Shown here one piece after another: positions 19,495-34,053 of a stretch of 64,000 nucleotides of DNA; the first letter of the stretch is position 1; each line of letters opens with the position of its first letter. Below the pieces are notes generated by a model. The model did not search any database and was not told the origin of the DNA. It worked only from the letters and a program-made list of their open reading frames with translations. Made by a program: the position numbers and the translations under genes. The stretch is from Gallionellaceae bacterium UBA2239 (lineage in GTDB: Bacteria > Pseudomonadota > Gammaproteobacteria > Burkholderiales > UBA9220), in assembly GCA_002347615.1 (NCBI GenBank), contig DDYH01000069.1:96648-160647 (forward strand), read 5' to 3'.

Positions 19495-21789
19495 ATGGCC
19501 CTCACGAACCCCAAGCAAACGCCCGCCGGACGCCCTCAAGCCAAGGGCCCCCTGGCCAGCCGCCTGCCGGCCCTGTTGACCGAGGTGTGGTGGCTGGTGC
19601 TGGTGGCGATCACCCTCTATCTCTCCCTGGCGCTGTTCACCTACCACCGCGGCGATCCCGGCTGGTCCCACAGCGAAAGCATGGCCCTGGTGCAGAACGC
19701 CGGCGGCCGTCTCGGTGCCTGGGTGGCGGATATCCTGCTTTATCTCTTCGGCATTTCGGGCTACCTGTGGATCGCCTTCGGCCTTTACACCCTGTGGTGG
19801 GGTTACAAGCGCATCGACAGCACAGCCCTGTCCGACCGCCGGTCCCTGATCGTCGCCGGCACCGGCTTCCTGGTGCTGCTGTTCGGCTGCAGCGGACTGG
19901 AAGCCCTCCGCCTCTACACACTGAAGGCCGCGCTGCCCCTGGCCCCCGGCGGCATGATGGGGACGGTGGCGAGCGACATCCTGTTCCGCACCCTGGGCTT
20001 TACCGGCGCCACCCTGGCCCTGCTGCTATGCATCGCCGTGGGCCTCAGCCTGTTCACCGGCCTGTCCTGGCTGGCCTTCATCGAGAATTTCGGCGGTTTC
20101 CTCGAGCGGACTTATTACGCCACCATCGGCGGCTGGCAGGCATGGCAGGACCGCAAGGCCGGCAAGAAGGCCACCATCCGGCGCGAAGAGCTTGTGGCGG
20201 AAGTGAAGAAGCGGCGGGAAGACCACGAACCCCTTCAGATCGAGGCGCCGGTGGTGGAGATACCCAAGTCCCAGCGGGTGGTGAAGGAGAAACAGGTGCC
20301 CCTGTTCGCCGACCTGCCGGATTCCGATTTGCCGCCCCTGCATCTGCTGGATGAGGCGGACGGCAACGTGGAAACCCTCAGCGCCGAAACCCTGGAATTC
20401 ACCTCCCGCCTGATCGAGCGCAAGCTGCTGGACTTCGGCGTCGAAGTCAAAGTGGTGGCGGCCCTCCCGGGCCCCGTCATCACCCGCTATGAAATCGAGC
20501 CGGCGGTGGGGGTAAAGGGCAGCCAGATCACCAACCTGGCCAAGGACCTGGCCCGGGCCCTGTCGGTGGTGAGCGTGCGGGTGGTGGAAACCATCCCCGG
20601 CAAGTCCTGCATGGGCCTGGAAATCCCCAATCCCAGGCGGCAGACGGTGCGGCTGTCGGAAATCCTCTCCGCCCAGGTCTATTCGGACATGGCGTCGCCC
20701 CTGACCATCGCCATGGGCAAGGACATCGGCGGCAAGCCGGTGGTGGCCGACCTGGCCAAGATGCCCCACGCCCTAGTGGCGGGCACCACCGGCTCGGGCA
20801 AGTCGGTGGCCATCAACGCCATGATCCTGTCCCTGCTCTACAAGGCCACGCCCCAGGAAGTGCGGCTGATCCTGGTGGACCCCAAGATGCTGGAGTTGTC
20901 CGTTTATGAAGGCATTCCCCACCTCCTGGCGCCGGTGGTCACCGACATGCGCCAGGCCGCCAACGCCCTCAACTGGTGCGTGGCGGAGATGGAAAAGCGC
21001 TACAAGCTGATGTCCGCCCTGGGGGTGCGCAACCTGGCCGGCTTCAACCAGAAAATCCGCGACGCGGAAAAAGCCGGCGAAAAACTGCCCCATCCCTTCA
21101 GCCTCACCCCGGACGCCCCCGAGCCCCTGGAGGAACTGCCCCTGATCGTGGTGGTCATTGATGAACTGGCCGACCTGATGATGGTGGCGGGCAAGAAGGT
21201 GGAAGAGCTGATCGCCCGCCTCGCCCAGAAAGCCCGGGCCTCCGGCATCCACCTGGTGCTGGCGACCCAGCGCCCGTCGGTGGACGTGATTACCGGCCTG
21301 ATCAAGGCCAACATCCCCACCCGCATCGCCTTCCAGGTATCGAGCAAGATCGACTCCCGCACCATCCTCGACCAGATGGGCGCCGAAGCGCTGCTGGGGC
21401 AGGGGGACATGCTTTACCTGCCGCCGGGTTCCGGCTATCCCCAGCGGGTCCACGGCGCCTTCGTGGCCGATGGCGAAGTGCACCAGGTGGTGAACTTTCT
21501 CAAGGCCAAGGGCGCACCCCAGTACATCGAAGGCCTGCTCGAAGGCGCCGTCGAAGGCGGGGCGGAAGGGGAGGAGGGCGGTGGCGACGGCGAGTCGGAC
21601 CCCCTCTACGACGAAGCGGTGGCCCTGGTGCTCAAGGCTCGCCGGGCGTCTATCTCCCTGGTCCAGCGCCAGCTGCGCATCGGCTACAACCGGGCGGCGC
21701 GCCTGATCGAGCAGATGGAGAAATCCGGCCTGGTGTCCCCCATGCAAAGCAACGGCAACCGGGACGTGCTGGTGCCGGGCAACGACTGA
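19495..21789 (+). CDS. ftsK: DNA translocase FtsK
   Basis: N-terminal TM helices, a linker, a motor domain ([24 protein letters not shown]) and a C-terminal gamma domain ([24 protein letters not shown]). Confidence 0.95.
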   Translation: MALTNPKQTPAGRPQAKGPLASRLPALLTEVWWLVLVAITLYLSLALFTYHRGDPGWSHSESMALVQNAGGRLGAWVADILLYLFGISGYLWIAFGLYTLWWGYKRIDSTALSDRRSLIVAGTGFLVLLFGCSGLEALRLYTLKAALPLAPGGMMGTVASDILFRTLGFTGATLALLLCIAVGLSLFTGLSWLAFIENFGGFLERTYYATIGGWQAWQDRKAGKKATIRREELVAEVKKRREDHEPLQIEAPVVEIPKSQRVVKEKQVPLFADLPDSDLPPLHLLDEADGNVETLSAETLEFTSRLIERKLLDFGVEVKVVAALPGPVITRYEIEPAVGVKGSQITNLAKDLARALSVVSVRVVETIPGKSCMGLEIPNPRRQTVRLSEILSAQVYSDMASPLTIAMGKDIGGKPVVADLAKMPHALVAGTTGSGKSVAINAMILSLLYKATPQEVRLILVDPKMLELSVYEGIPHLLAPVVTDMRQAANALNWCVAEMEKRYKLMSALGVRNLAGFNQKIRDAEKAGEKLPHPFSLTPDAPEPLEELPLIVVVIDELADLMMVAGKKVEELIARLAQKARASGIHLVLATQRPSVDVITGLIKANIPTRIAFQVSSKIDSRTILDQMGAEALLGQGDMLYLPPGSGYPQRVHGAFVADGEVHQVVNFLKAKGAPQYIEGLLEGAVEGGAEGEEGGGDGESDPLYDEAVALVLKARRASISLVQRQLRIGYNRAARLIEQMEKSGLVSPMQSNGNRDVLVPGND

Positions 21790-21803
21790 ACACGGATGAA
21801 TTG

Positions 21804-22401
21804 ATGAAATACGCTCTGATTGCACTGCTGATGCTGCCCCTGGCGGCCTCCGCCTCCAGCCTCGAACGCCTGAAGCAGTTCCTCTCGGGCACCCAGACCG
21901 CCCGCGCCCATTTCAAGCAGATCGTCCTGGACCGCCAGCTCACCACCATCCAGGAAGCCAGCGGCACCATGCAGTTCTCCCGCCCCGGCAAGTTCCGCTG
22001 GGCCTACGACAAGCCCAAGGGCCAGTTGATCGTCGGCGACGGGGAGAAGCTGTGGGTCTACGACGCGGAACTCAAGCAGGTGACGGTGAAGAAGCTCGAC
22101 CAGGCCCTGGGCCAGACCCCGGCCGCCCTGCTGGCCGGGCGCAATGAAATCGAAAAGCAGTTCCAGCTCAAGGACCTGGGCAAGCGCGGCACCCTGGAAT
22201 GGCTGGAAGCCACGCCGAAGAACCCGGACGGGGGCTTCGACACCATCCGCATGGGCTTCAATGGCGACCTGCTGGACGTGATGGAATTGCGGGACCAATT
22301 CGGCCAGACCACCGTGATCCGCTTCCCGGACATGGAACGCAACCCCAAGCTCGATCCCGACCAGTTCAAGTTCAGCCCGCCCCCCGGCGCGGACGTGATC
22401 G

Positions 22402-22409
<8 letters not shown>
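21804..22409 (+). CDS. lolA: Outer-membrane lipoprotein carrier protein LolA
   Basis: Signal peptide followed by ..RFKQ..SGTMQFSRPGKFRW.Y..P..QLIV.DG.KLWVYD, the LolA pattern. Sits in the conserved ftsK-lolA-rarA-serS order. Confidence 0.9.
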
Positions 22410-23709
<1,300 letters not shown>

Positions 23710-23751
23710 CTGTTAAAGTAACTTGCAAGTATCTGTTAAGGTGAATAATAA

Positions 23752-26447
<2,696 letters not shown>

Positions 26448-26533
26448 GCCCTGAAGTGTGGACAAATTTCCCCATTTTGTCCATTTGGATTGAGCATGGG
26501 CGGGGCAAAGCTGGTAGAATGCGCACCTTTCGA

Positions 26534-26625
<92 letters not shown>

Positions 26626-26700
26626 AAGCAACGACACGAGCGCCGTTCCCGGCGCTTTTAACGAAGACCTATCGCGAGCTGGATAGGTTTTTCAGGTTTG

Positions 26701-26775
<75 letters not shown>

Positions 26776-26776
26776 C

Positions 26777-27064
26777 TCATCGTTTCCCGCTTCCCGCCGC
26801 CTTGAGATAGTGCACGCTGAACAGGCGTTCCGGATCGGTCCACGCCCGGACGGCGGAAAAACCGGCTTTCCCCGCCAGGTCCTGAAACTCCGCCACGGTG
26901 TACTTGTAGGAATTCTCGGTGTGGATGCCGTCACCGTCCCTGAAATCGAAGCGCCAATCCAGGGTGAAGGCGTTGATGGGGAAGCGGTGAGGCTTTTCTG
27001 TCGCTGGATGGCTAGGCCGGATGACCCAAGGGCGGAACAGCGGTTCCGATTTTACTAAGCTCAA
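26777..27064 (-). pseudogene. 3' remnant of an EgtD-like (Methyltransf_33) histidine N-methyltransferase
   Basis: ..FDFRDGDGIHTENSYKYTVAEFQDLAGKAGFSAVRAWTDPERLFSVHYL matches only the C-terminal ~75 residues of this ~320-aa family (IHTENSYKY, WTDP..LFSVH). There is no N-terminal SAM-binding part and upstream sequence is AT-rich non-coding. Confidence 0.6.
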
Positions 27065-27265
27065 GGGCGGCTTTTTGGAGGGCTATGATTATGCCAGCAT
27101 TTAACATAATACACATTATGCGAACTATGTAGTATGCTTTCGCGGAATAGTTTCGGCTTTGCACCGTCGGGTCCGCCCCGCTTTCATGAAGAAGACCGGC
27201 AATATGCGCAGGCTCCGCCGCATCCCCGACAAGTTTGATTTGATGAAGCTGCGAAAAGTCAGTCC

Positions 27266-27337
27266 CCGTTCGTGGTGAGGTATCGAACCATGAACGGACA
27301 TTCCAGGCCAGGCCCTTCGATACCTCAGGGCGAACGG
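27266..27337. repeat. REP-like imperfect inverted repeat downstream of dnaE2
   Basis: CCGTTCGTGGTGAGGTATCGAA (27266-27287) faces TTCGATACCTCAGGGCGAACGG (27316-27337). It translates into the LRANG/FD-type pseudo-peptides typical of REP-derived ORFs. Confidence 0.6.
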
Positions 27338-27353
27338 CGGGAAGTTGCATGCA

Positions 27354-30300
27354 TCAATGGAAATCCCGCGAGTGCGTCATTAGCTTGCCCAGGAGCGGGG
27401 TGAAATCCCTGAGCCGGCCGGCGATGAGGTGGGACACTTCGCCTTGGCGCTCCAGCACGCCGTACACGGCCAGCAGCCTCGCGCCCAGGAGTTCGCGCCG
27501 CTGACGCTCGGCAAGGTCGCGCCACACCACCACGTTGATCTGGCCGGTTTCGTCTTCCAGGGTGAGAAAAGTAACGCCGCTGGCGGTGCCCGGGCGCTGG
27601 CGGTTGATGACCAGACCGGTGGCGCGGGCCAGGCGGCCGTGGGGAAAGGTGCCCAGCTCGGCGGCGGTGACCATGCGTTCCTGTTTCAGGCGCTCCCGCA
27701 ACAGCGCCAGGGGGTGACGGCCCAGGGTGAGGCCCAGGCTGGCGTAGTCGGCCACCAGGTCCTGGCCTTCGGTGAAAGGAACCAGGTCCGGCGCGCTTTC
27801 CTCGGCCGGCGCGGCGGCGAGGGGCGTGCCCGGCTCGATGCCCGCCACGTCCCAATAGGCTTGTCTGCGATGCCCGGCCAGGGTAGCCAGGGCACCCGCC
27901 GCGGCGAGGCATTTCAGGTCGCGCTTTTCCAGCCCTCCCCTTGCGGCCAGGTCTTCCATGCTGGTGAAAGGCCGTTGCGCCCGGGCCGCCGTGAGGCGCG
28001 CCACGCCTTCCAGGGAGAAGCCTTTCACCAGGCGCAGGCCGAGGCGAAGAGCTTCACCCCCACCCTGGCCCTCCCCCGCCAAGGGGGAGGGCAGTTTGGC
28101 GGGAACCAGTGTGCAGTCCCATTCGCTCGCCGTCACGTCCACCGGCAGCACCTCCACCCCGTGGCGGCGAGCATCCTGGACGATCTGGGCGGGAGCGTAG
28201 AAACCCATGGGCTGGCTGTTCAGGAGAGCGCAGGCGAAGGCCGCCGGCTCGTGGCATTTGAGCCAGGCGGAGACGTAGACCAGGAGGGCGAAACTCGCGG
28301 CGTGGGATTCCGGGAAGCCGTATTCGCCGAAGCCTTGTATCTGCTGGAAAATCTGCCGGGCGAATGCCTCCGGATACCCCCGCTCCCCCATGCCGTCCAC
28401 CAGGCGCTGCTCGAATTTCTCCAGCCCGCCCTTGCGTCGCCACGCCGCCATGGAGCGCCGCAAGTGGTCCGCCTCCCCCGGCGTGAAGCCCGCCGCCACC
28501 ACCGCCAGCTGCATCACCTGCTCCTGGAAAATCGGCACTCCCAGGGTACGCTCCAGCACGCTCCGCACCGCTTCGCTGGGGTAAGTCACCGGCTCCAGGC
28601 CCTGGCGGCGGCGCAGGTAGGGATGCACCATGCCGCCCTGGATCGGCCCCGGCCGCACGATGGCCACTTCGATCACCAGGTCGTAGAAATTGCGCGGCTT
28701 CATGCGGGGCAGCATGGCCATCTGGGCGCGGGATTCGATCTGGAACACCCCCAGGGTGTCGGCGCGGCCGATCATGTCGTACACCGCCGGGTCTTCGGAG
28801 GGGATGTCCGCCATGGCTATGGGACGTCCACGGGCCGTGCTCACCAGGTCCAGGGCGCGGCGGATGGCGGAGAGCATGCCTAAGGACAGCACGTCCACTT
28901 TCAGCAGCCCCAGGGCGTCGAGGTCGTCCTTGTCCCACTGGATGACGGTGCGCTCCGCCATGGCCGCGTTCTCGATGGGCACCAGGCGGGACAGCCGGCC
29001 CCGGGCGATGACGAAGCCTCCCACGTGCTGGGACAGGTGGCGGGGAAAGCCCACCAGCCGGTCCACCAGCCCCATCAGCAGGCGCACCTTGGGGTTGGCG
29101 GGGTCGAAGCCGGCTTCCGCCAGGCGCTCCGCCCGCACTTGGCGGCCATCCCACCAGGCCATGGACTTCGCCAGCCGGTCCACCTGTTCCAGGTCGAAGC
29201 CCAGGGCCTTGCCCGCGTCCCGCATGGCGCTGCGGGGGCGGTAGGTGATGACGGTGGCGGCCAGGGCGGCGCGCCCCCGGCCGTATTTGGCGTAGAGGTA
29301 CTGGATCACCTCCTCCCGGCGCTCGTGCTCGAAATCCACGTCGATATCCGGCGGCTCGTTGCGCTCTTTGGAGATGAAACGCTCGAACAGCATTTCCATG
29401 CACGCCGGATTCACTTCGGTGATCCCCAGGGCATAGCACACCGCCGAATTGGCCGCGGAGCCGCGCCCCTGGCACAGGATGCCGCGGCCCCTGGCAAAGC
29501 GCACGATGTCGTGGACGGTGAGGAAATAGGGCTCGTAGCCCAGTTCCGCGATGAGGGCCAGCTCGTGCTCCACCTGGGCGCGCACCTTTCCCGGCACCCC
29601 CAGCGAGAAGCGCTTCCCCATGCCCTCCTCGGTCAACTTGCGCAGGTGGGAAGCCGGCGTTTCCCCTGCCGGCACCAGTTCCTCGGGGTATTCGTAGCGC
29701 AATTCGTCGAGGGAAAAACGGCAGCGTTCCGCGATGGCGACAGTCTGGGCCAGCAACTCCGGTGGATAAAGCCGCGCCAGTTCCGCCCGTGGGCGCAAAT
29801 GGCGCTCGCCGTTGGGATAAAGGGCGGCTCCCGCCTCGGACACCGGCACCCCGAGGCGGATGGCGGTGAGCGAATCCTGGAGAGGGCGCCGCCCGGGGAT
29901 GTGCATGTGCACGTCCCCTGCCGCCACCAGAGGCAGCCCGGCCCCCTCTCCCAGCGCTTCCAGGGCGGCTAACCGGGATACATCGTCAGGGGCGCGGAAC
30001 AATTCCACCGCCAGCCAGGAACGGCCGGGAAAACAGGCCGCGAGCCTCTTCGCCTGCTCCAGGGTGGGCAGCGGGTCGGGCAGCAGCAAAGCGAGGCAGC
30101 CGGGCAGCCCCGAGCCGAGATCGTCCAGGGAAAGCGCATAGCGACCCTTGGTGGCGCTGCGCCGTCCCCGGGTGATGAGTTCCGACAGGTGGCCATAGCC
30201 TATACGGTCCATTGCCAGCAGCACGGCGCGCACGCCTTCGGCGAAGCGGATTTCGCTGCCCACGATCAGCTTCAGGCCGCATGCCTTCGCCGCCCCATGG

Positions 30301-30452
30301 GCGCGCACCACCCCCGCCAGGGAGCATTCGTCGGTGATGGCCAGGGCGGCATACCCCAGCTCCCGGGCGCGGGACACCAGTTCCTCGGCGTGGGACGCGC
30401 CCCGCAGGAAGGTGAAGTTGGACAGGCAGTGCAGCTCGGCGTAATCGGCCAT
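27354..30452 (-). CDS. dnaE2: Error-prone DNA polymerase DnaE2 (ImuC)
   Basis: [26 protein letters not shown] (PHP domain start) and a Pol III alpha core. 1032 aa, immediately downstream of imuA-imuB. Confidence 0.93.
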   Translation of the reverse strand: MADYAELHCLSNFTFLRGASHAEELVSRARELGYAALAITDECSLAGVVRAHGAAKACGLKLIVGSEIRFAEGVRAVLLAMDRIGYGHLSELITRGRRSATKGRYALSLDDLGSGLPGCLALLLPDPLPTLEQAKRLAACFPGRSWLAVELFRAPDDVSRLAALEALGEGAGLPLVAAGDVHMHIPGRRPLQDSLTAIRLGVPVSEAGAALYPNGERHLRPRAELARLYPPELLAQTVAIAERCRFSLDELRYEYPEELVPAGETPASHLRKLTEEGMGKRFSLGVPGKVRAQVEHELALIAELGYEPYFLTVHDIVRFARGRGILCQGRGSAANSAVCYALGITEVNPACMEMLFERFISKERNEPPDIDVDFEHERREEVIQYLYAKYGRGRAALAATVITYRPRSAMRDAGKALGFDLEQVDRLAKSMAWWDGRQVRAERLAEAGFDPANPKVRLLMGLVDRLVGFPRHLSQHVGGFVIARGRLSRLVPIENAAMAERTVIQWDKDDLDALGLLKVDVLSLGMLSAIRRALDLVSTARGRPIAMADIPSEDPAVYDMIGRADTLGVFQIESRAQMAMLPRMKPRNFYDLVIEVAIVRPGPIQGGMVHPYLRRRQGLEPVTYPSEAVRSVLERTLGVPIFQEQVMQLAVVAAGFTPGEADHLRRSMAAWRRKGGLEKFEQRLVDGMGERGYPEAFARQIFQQIQGFGEYGFPESHAASFALLVYVSAWLKCHEPAAFACALLNSQPMGFYAPAQIVQDARRHGVEVLPVDVTASEWDCTLVPAKLPSPLAGEGQGGGEALRLGLRLVKGFSLEGVARLTAARAQRPFTSMEDLAARGGLEKRDLKCLAAAGALATLAGHRRQAYWDVAGIEPGTPLAAAPAEESAPDLVPFTEGQDLVADYASLGLTLGRHPLALLRERLKQERMVTAAELGTFPHGRLARATGLVINRQRPGTASGVTFLTLEDETGQINVVVWRDLAERQRRELLGARLLAVYGVLERQGEVSHLIAGRLRDFTPLLGKLMTHSRDFH
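28055..28092. repeat. REP-type palindrome lying in frame inside dnaE2
   Basis: CACCCCCACCCTGGCCCTCCCCCGCCAAGGGGGAGGGC has a 9-10 bp perfect stem (GCCCTCCCC/GGGGAGGGC). Its first 25 nt differ at 1 position from the intergenic copy at 33215. It encodes ..[14 protein letters not shown].. Confidence 0.7.
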
Positions 30453-30461
30453 GGGGGTTGT

Positions 30462-31877
30462 TCAGGCGAAGAGGCCGTGGACGAACCACTCGCCGCTGGC
30501 CCGGTCGCAGTACACCCACAGCCGGGCACCGTTACGGTCCTGGGCCACGTAATAGTCCCGGGCCACGCCGCGGCCGTCCCACCAGCCGCTTTCGATGCGC
30601 TCCGGCCCGGACTTCAGCACCAAGCGACCGTCCCGGCAGGAAACGGGCCTGGGCAGCAGCCACAGGGGGCGGTGGGCGTTGCCGGAAATGGAACTCCCCT
30701 GCCCCGCCTCGCAGGGCTTCCACGCCAACTCCGGCCGGTGGTCGGCAGTGGGCGTGATGCCATGGACGGCTTCCTTCCCCAACCGGGCGCGCAAGCGCTC
30801 CAGCAGAAGGTTGCCGTCCCCCGTCTGGATGGCGTCCTGGAACAGGTCTCCGCTCGCCGCGGCCACGGGCAGGATGCGTTGCGCCTTGAGGACGATGGCG
30901 TGAACGGGCTCCGGGAGACGGGTGCGGCCAAGGGTTTCCCGCAGCAGAAGCTGCATCCGCCCGGCATCGCGGACGGGCTGCACGAAGCCGATGGAAACCA
31001 CGGTATCCGGCACGTCCTCGTGGCGGCAAAGGAGTTCGAGCTGCTGCACCCCGGACTGGTGCAGGACGAGGTAGCCCTCCAGCTCGGGCAGCAAGCGGCG
31101 AACGGCGAACAGCAGGGCTTCCGCCGCCTCTACCGGCGCCGGCAGTTCCAACCGGCGCTCGAAGCGCGCTGGCGGAACGAAGAAGGCGCGGACGTCGTGG
31201 GCTTTGCCCAAAGCACGCTCCAACTCGTCCGGCAGTCGGCGCCCAAAGCGGCGCACCAAGCCGGCCCGGGGCAGCCGCAGGCATTCCCCCAGGGTGTGGG
31301 CACCGATCATTTCCAGGCCGTCCAGCACCTCCAGAGGCTGCTCCAACAGCCCTACCGGCAAGGTAGCCAAGACCGATTCAAGCCGGGTAGGGTCGCGGAT
31401 GCATGCTCCCTTCCCCGCCTTGGCCAGCAGCCAGGCCCCGTGGGGCGTGGGAGCGCAGGCTTGGATAGCGGCGTAGCCCAATGCACTCAGCCCGTCTTTT
31501 ACCTTGCTCAGCAGCCTGTCCAGGCCACGATGCAGGCGCAGGCAACCGCCGATTTCCAGCAGCAGGCCATCGGGAGGCTGAAGGCTAACGGAGGGCGTGA
31601 AGCGCCCGGCCCAGGCGGCGAGGCCGGCAAGGGATTCCTGCTCCGCCGCCGGGGCGCGCCAACGCACGATAAGCCCCGCCACCAGGGCCTGGGCGGCGGA
31701 AACCGGCATCCCTGGCCGCACCCCATCATTCATTGCCGCTTCGTTGCACGCCACCACGCAGGCGCGGCTGCCTTGCTTTTCGGCCACCGCCAGAGGCTCG
31801 GGCGCCAAGGTGCCGCGGGAAAAGACTTCCAGGGGAAAAGCGGGAAAATGCAGGGCGAGCCACAGCATGGCAAACAC
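30462..31877 (-). CDS. imuB: ImuB, Y-family polymerase-like accessory protein
   Basis: MLWLALHFPAFPLEVF... is a typical ImuB N-terminus. It sits between imuA and dnaE2. The start is 31877 or 31868. Confidence 0.85.
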   Translation of the reverse strand: MFAMLWLALHFPAFPLEVFSRGTLAPEPLAVAEKQGSRACVVACNEAAMNDGVRPGMPVSAAQALVAGLIVRWRAPAAEQESLAGLAAWAGRFTPSVSLQPPDGLLLEIGGCLRLHRGLDRLLSKVKDGLSALGYAAIQACAPTPHGAWLLAKAGKGACIRDPTRLESVLATLPVGLLEQPLEVLDGLEMIGAHTLGECLRLPRAGLVRRFGRRLPDELERALGKAHDVRAFFVPPARFERRLELPAPVEAAEALLFAVRRLLPELEGYLVLHQSGVQQLELLCRHEDVPDTVVSIGFVQPVRDAGRMQLLLRETLGRTRLPEPVHAIVLKAQRILPVAAASGDLFQDAIQTGDGNLLLERLRARLGKEAVHGITPTADHRPELAWKPCEAGQGSSISGNAHRPLWLLPRPVSCRDGRLVLKSGPERIESGWWDGRGVARDYYVAQDRNGARLWVYCDRASGEWFVHGLFA

Positions 31878-31893
31878 TCAGGGAAACATCCCC

Positions 31894-32577
31894 TCAGGCC
31901 GCTCCGTGCCGGAAGGGGATGGGCGCCAAGGAGGTGCGTGGACGAGCTTGAAGCCGGGGCTCGCGCCAATCCAGCATCACCGGCTTGTCCAACACCCCGC
32001 CCCGGCGCTTGAGAATATGCACGGCAAGGCCGTTGGGGGCAGATTCCAGGCGGAGCCGCAGTGGGGCGGGCGAACGTTCCTGGGCCGCGCGGGCCGGGCG
32101 GAACAGGACCCCCCAGCCCTTCCCCTCCTCCGCCGCCAGTTGCAGGCGGCGCAGGCGCCGCTCGTCGGGCGTGGACAACCAGGCCAGAACGGCGCCGGAG
32201 GCACCGGAACGCAGCGCTTGTTCCGCCGCCCACCAGGCATCGCCGGTGGATTTTGGGGTTACCACCAGCAGGCGTTTCAATTCCACCTCGGCAGCGGCCA
32301 GGGCCGGTGCGTAGGGAATGTGGGGCGGCGCGATCCAGGTCTGCCACCCGGCTTCGTCCGAAAGGCGCGCCAGGGCCGGCATCAGCAGCCGCAGCTCGCC
32401 GATGCCTTCCTGTTCCGACAGGATTTCCGTCAGCACGCCCCTCGGCCAGCCACCGCCGGGAAGCGCTGCATCCAGCGCGGGGAAACCCGTCGCAATCGTG
32501 TCTTCGGATGCTTGGGCACAGCGGTCGCCGCGCCAGATGGCGGAATGGCGCAATACCGCTTCCAGGGCGGCGTTCAC
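31894..32577 (-). CDS. imuA: ImuA (SulA/RecA-fold) translesion synthesis accessory protein
   Basis: ..IWRGDR.....[40 protein letters not shown] is the ImuA signature. The GTG start overlaps the lexA stop (GTGA). Confidence 0.85.
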   Translation of the reverse strand: MNAALEAVLRHSAIWRGDRCAQASEDTIATGFPALDAALPGGGWPRGVLTEILSEQEGIGELRLLMPALARLSDEAGWQTWIAPPHIPYAPALAAAEVELKRLLVVTPKSTGDAWWAAEQALRSGASGAVLAWLSTPDERRLRRLQLAAEEGKGWGVLFRPARAAQERSPAPLRLRLESAPNGLAVHILKRRGGVLDKPVMLDWREPRLQARPRTSLAPIPFRHGAA

Positions 32578-33173
32578 AGCGACCTCCCATTGCGGATGAC
32601 GCCCACGCCGATGCCTTCGATCACCAGTTCCTGACGCCGCAGGTCCACCACGATGGGGGCGAAATCCGGATTTTCCGGCAGCAGTTCCACGATGGCGCCC
32701 CGCTTTTTCAGGCGCTTTACCGTCACCTCGTCGTCGAGCCGCGCCACCACCACCTGGCCGGATTCCGCATCGGGGCTGCGGTGCACCGCCAGGAGGTCGC
32801 CGTCCAGAATGCCGGCATTCCGCATGCTCATGCCCTGCACCTTGAGCAGGTAATCCGCCCGCGGATGAAACATTCCGGCATCCAGTTGGTAGCGCCTCTC
32901 TATGCTCTCCTGGGCGAGTATCGGATGTCCCGCCGCCACCCGTCCCACCACCGGCAGACCGCTATCCTTGAGGCGGATGCCTCGGGAAGAACCCGGAAGC
33001 AATTCCAGGGCGCCTTTTTTTGCTAGGGCTTTGAGGTGCGCTTCGGCGGCGTTGGCCGAACGGAAGCCGAAGCGCTGGGCGATTTCGGCTCGGGTGGGCG
33101 GGAATCCCGTGGTTTCGGTCCATTCCCGGATCAGTTGCAGGATTTCTTCCTGGCGGGGGGTTAGCTCGTTCAT
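32574..33173 (-). CDS. lexA: LexA repressor
   Basis: [51 protein letters not shown], an Ala-Gly cleavage site (VAAGHPI), and the Ser (GMSMRNAGI) and Lys (VTVKRL) catalytic dyad. Confidence 0.95.
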   Translation of the reverse strand: MNELTPRQEEILQLIREWTETTGFPPTRAEIAQRFGFRSANAAEAHLKALAKKGALELLPGSSRGIRLKDSGLPVVGRVAAGHPILAQESIERRYQLDAGMFHPRADYLLKVQGMSMRNAGILDGDLLAVHRSPDAESGQVVVARLDDEVTVKRLKKRGAIVELLPENPDFAPIVVDLRRQELVIEGIGVGVIRNGRSL

Positions 33174-33174
33174 G

Positions 33175-33210
33175 CTGTATATTTATACAGTAGTCGAGCG
33201 GCGTATTCAA
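33175..33210 (-). promoter_or_regulatory. lexA promoter with an embedded SOS box
   Basis: The minus strand reads TTGAAT-17 nt-TATAAA-tatacagc-ATG. The CTGTATAAATATACAG SOS box (CTGT-N8-ACAG, 33175-33190) contains the -10 and ends 1 nt before the ATG. Confidence 0.75.
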
Positions 33211-33214
33211 GGCG

Positions 33215-33254
33215 CACCCCCACCCCGGCCCTCCCCCGCTTGCGGGAGAGGGGG
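33215..33254. repeat. REP-type palindrome (same family as 28055 and 45879)
   Basis: CACCCCCACCCCGGCCCTCCCCCGCTTGCGGGAGAGGGGG with a CTCCCCCGC/GCGGGAGAG stem, between the lexA promoter and the rplI terminator. Confidence 0.65.
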
Positions 33255-33262
33255 AAATGATG

Positions 33263-33301
33263 AAAAAAAACCCCGCGCCCTTTCGGGTCGCGGGGTTTTT
33301 T
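33263..33301. terminator. Bidirectional rho-independent terminator (ends the rpsF-priB-rpsR-rplI operon)
   Basis: A8, CCCCGCG..CGCGGGG hairpin, then T6. Confidence 0.75.
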
Positions 33302-33319
33302 CGCCGCAGTCTTAGAGAC

Positions 33320-33769
33320 TTAGGCGGCGCCGAGCACGGACACGGTGATATCGACCGTGACGTCGGTGTGCAGGGACAGGGTGATGGGGTAATCACCGAT
33401 GGCCTTCAGGTGGCCGTTGGGCAGGCGGATTTCAGCCTTGGCCACGGGGAAGCCTTGCTCCGTAAGGGCTTCGGAGATGTCGCCATTGGTGACAGAGCCG
33501 AACAGCCTGCCGTCCACGCCGGCCTTGCGGGCGATCTGGAGCATGTAGCCTTCCAGCTTCTCGGCACGGCCTTGGGCTTCGGCCAGCTTCTCGGCCTGGA
33601 TTTTTTCCAGTTCGGCGCGGCGGGCTTGGAATTCGGCCATGTTGTTGGCGGTGGCACGCTTGGCCTTGCCTTGGGGGATCAGGAAGTTGCGGGCGTAACC
33701 GTCTTTCACCCGCACCACGTCACCCAGTTGACCCAGGTTGGCCACTTTTTCGATCAGAATGATTTCCAT
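33320..33769 (-). CDS. rplI: 50S ribosomal protein L9
   Basis: [36 protein letters not shown]. Confidence 0.95.
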   Translation of the reverse strand: MEIILIEKVANLGQLGDVVRVKDGYARNFLIPQGKAKRATANNMAEFQARRAELEKIQAEKLAEAQGRAEKLEGYMLQIARKAGVDGRLFGSVTNGDISEALTEQGFPVAKAEIRLPNGHLKAIGDYPITLSLHTDVTVDITVSVLGAA

Positions 33770-33781
33770 GGTCTTCCCTTC

Positions 33782-34051
33782 TTAGTGCAGGTCGGTGTAG
33801 GGCATCAGAGCCAGGAAGCGAGCGCGCTTGATGGCGACGCCCAGCTGGCGCTGGTACTTGGCCTTGGTGCCGGTGATGCGGGAAGGAATGATCTTGCCGT
33901 TCTCGGCAACAAAGTCCTTCAGCAGTTCCAGGTCTTTGTAGTCGATTTCCTTGATGCCTTCGGCGGAGAAGCGGCAGTACTTGCGGCGCTTGTTGAAGCC
34001 GGAACCGCCACGCTTGGGACGATTGGGCTTTTTGGTGTCTTTGCGAGCCAT
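33782..34051 (-). CDS. rpsR: 30S ribosomal protein S18
   Basis: ..[49 protein letters not shown]. Confidence 0.95.
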   Translation of the reverse strand: MARKDTKKPNRPKRGGSGFNKRRKYCRFSAEGIKEIDYKDLELLKDFVAENGKIIPSRITGTKAKYQRQLGVAIKRARFLALMPYTDLH

Positions 34052-34053
34052 AA

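Noticed and set aside
27012-27350. A 112-aa minus-strand ORF downstream of dnaE2.
   Set aside because: It is made of a REP-derived pseudo-peptide (PAVRPEVSKGLAWNVRSWFDTSPRTG) plus an AT-rich scar. It has no SD or family resemblance.
30189-32012. A 607-aa plus-strand ORF opposite imuB/imuA, plus several other 200-470-aa ORFs inside dnaE2 (27429-28883, 28054-29475, 29025-29972).
   Set aside because: They are antisense or alternative frames of the well-supported SOS cassette genes and are Arg/Pro/Gly-rich translations.
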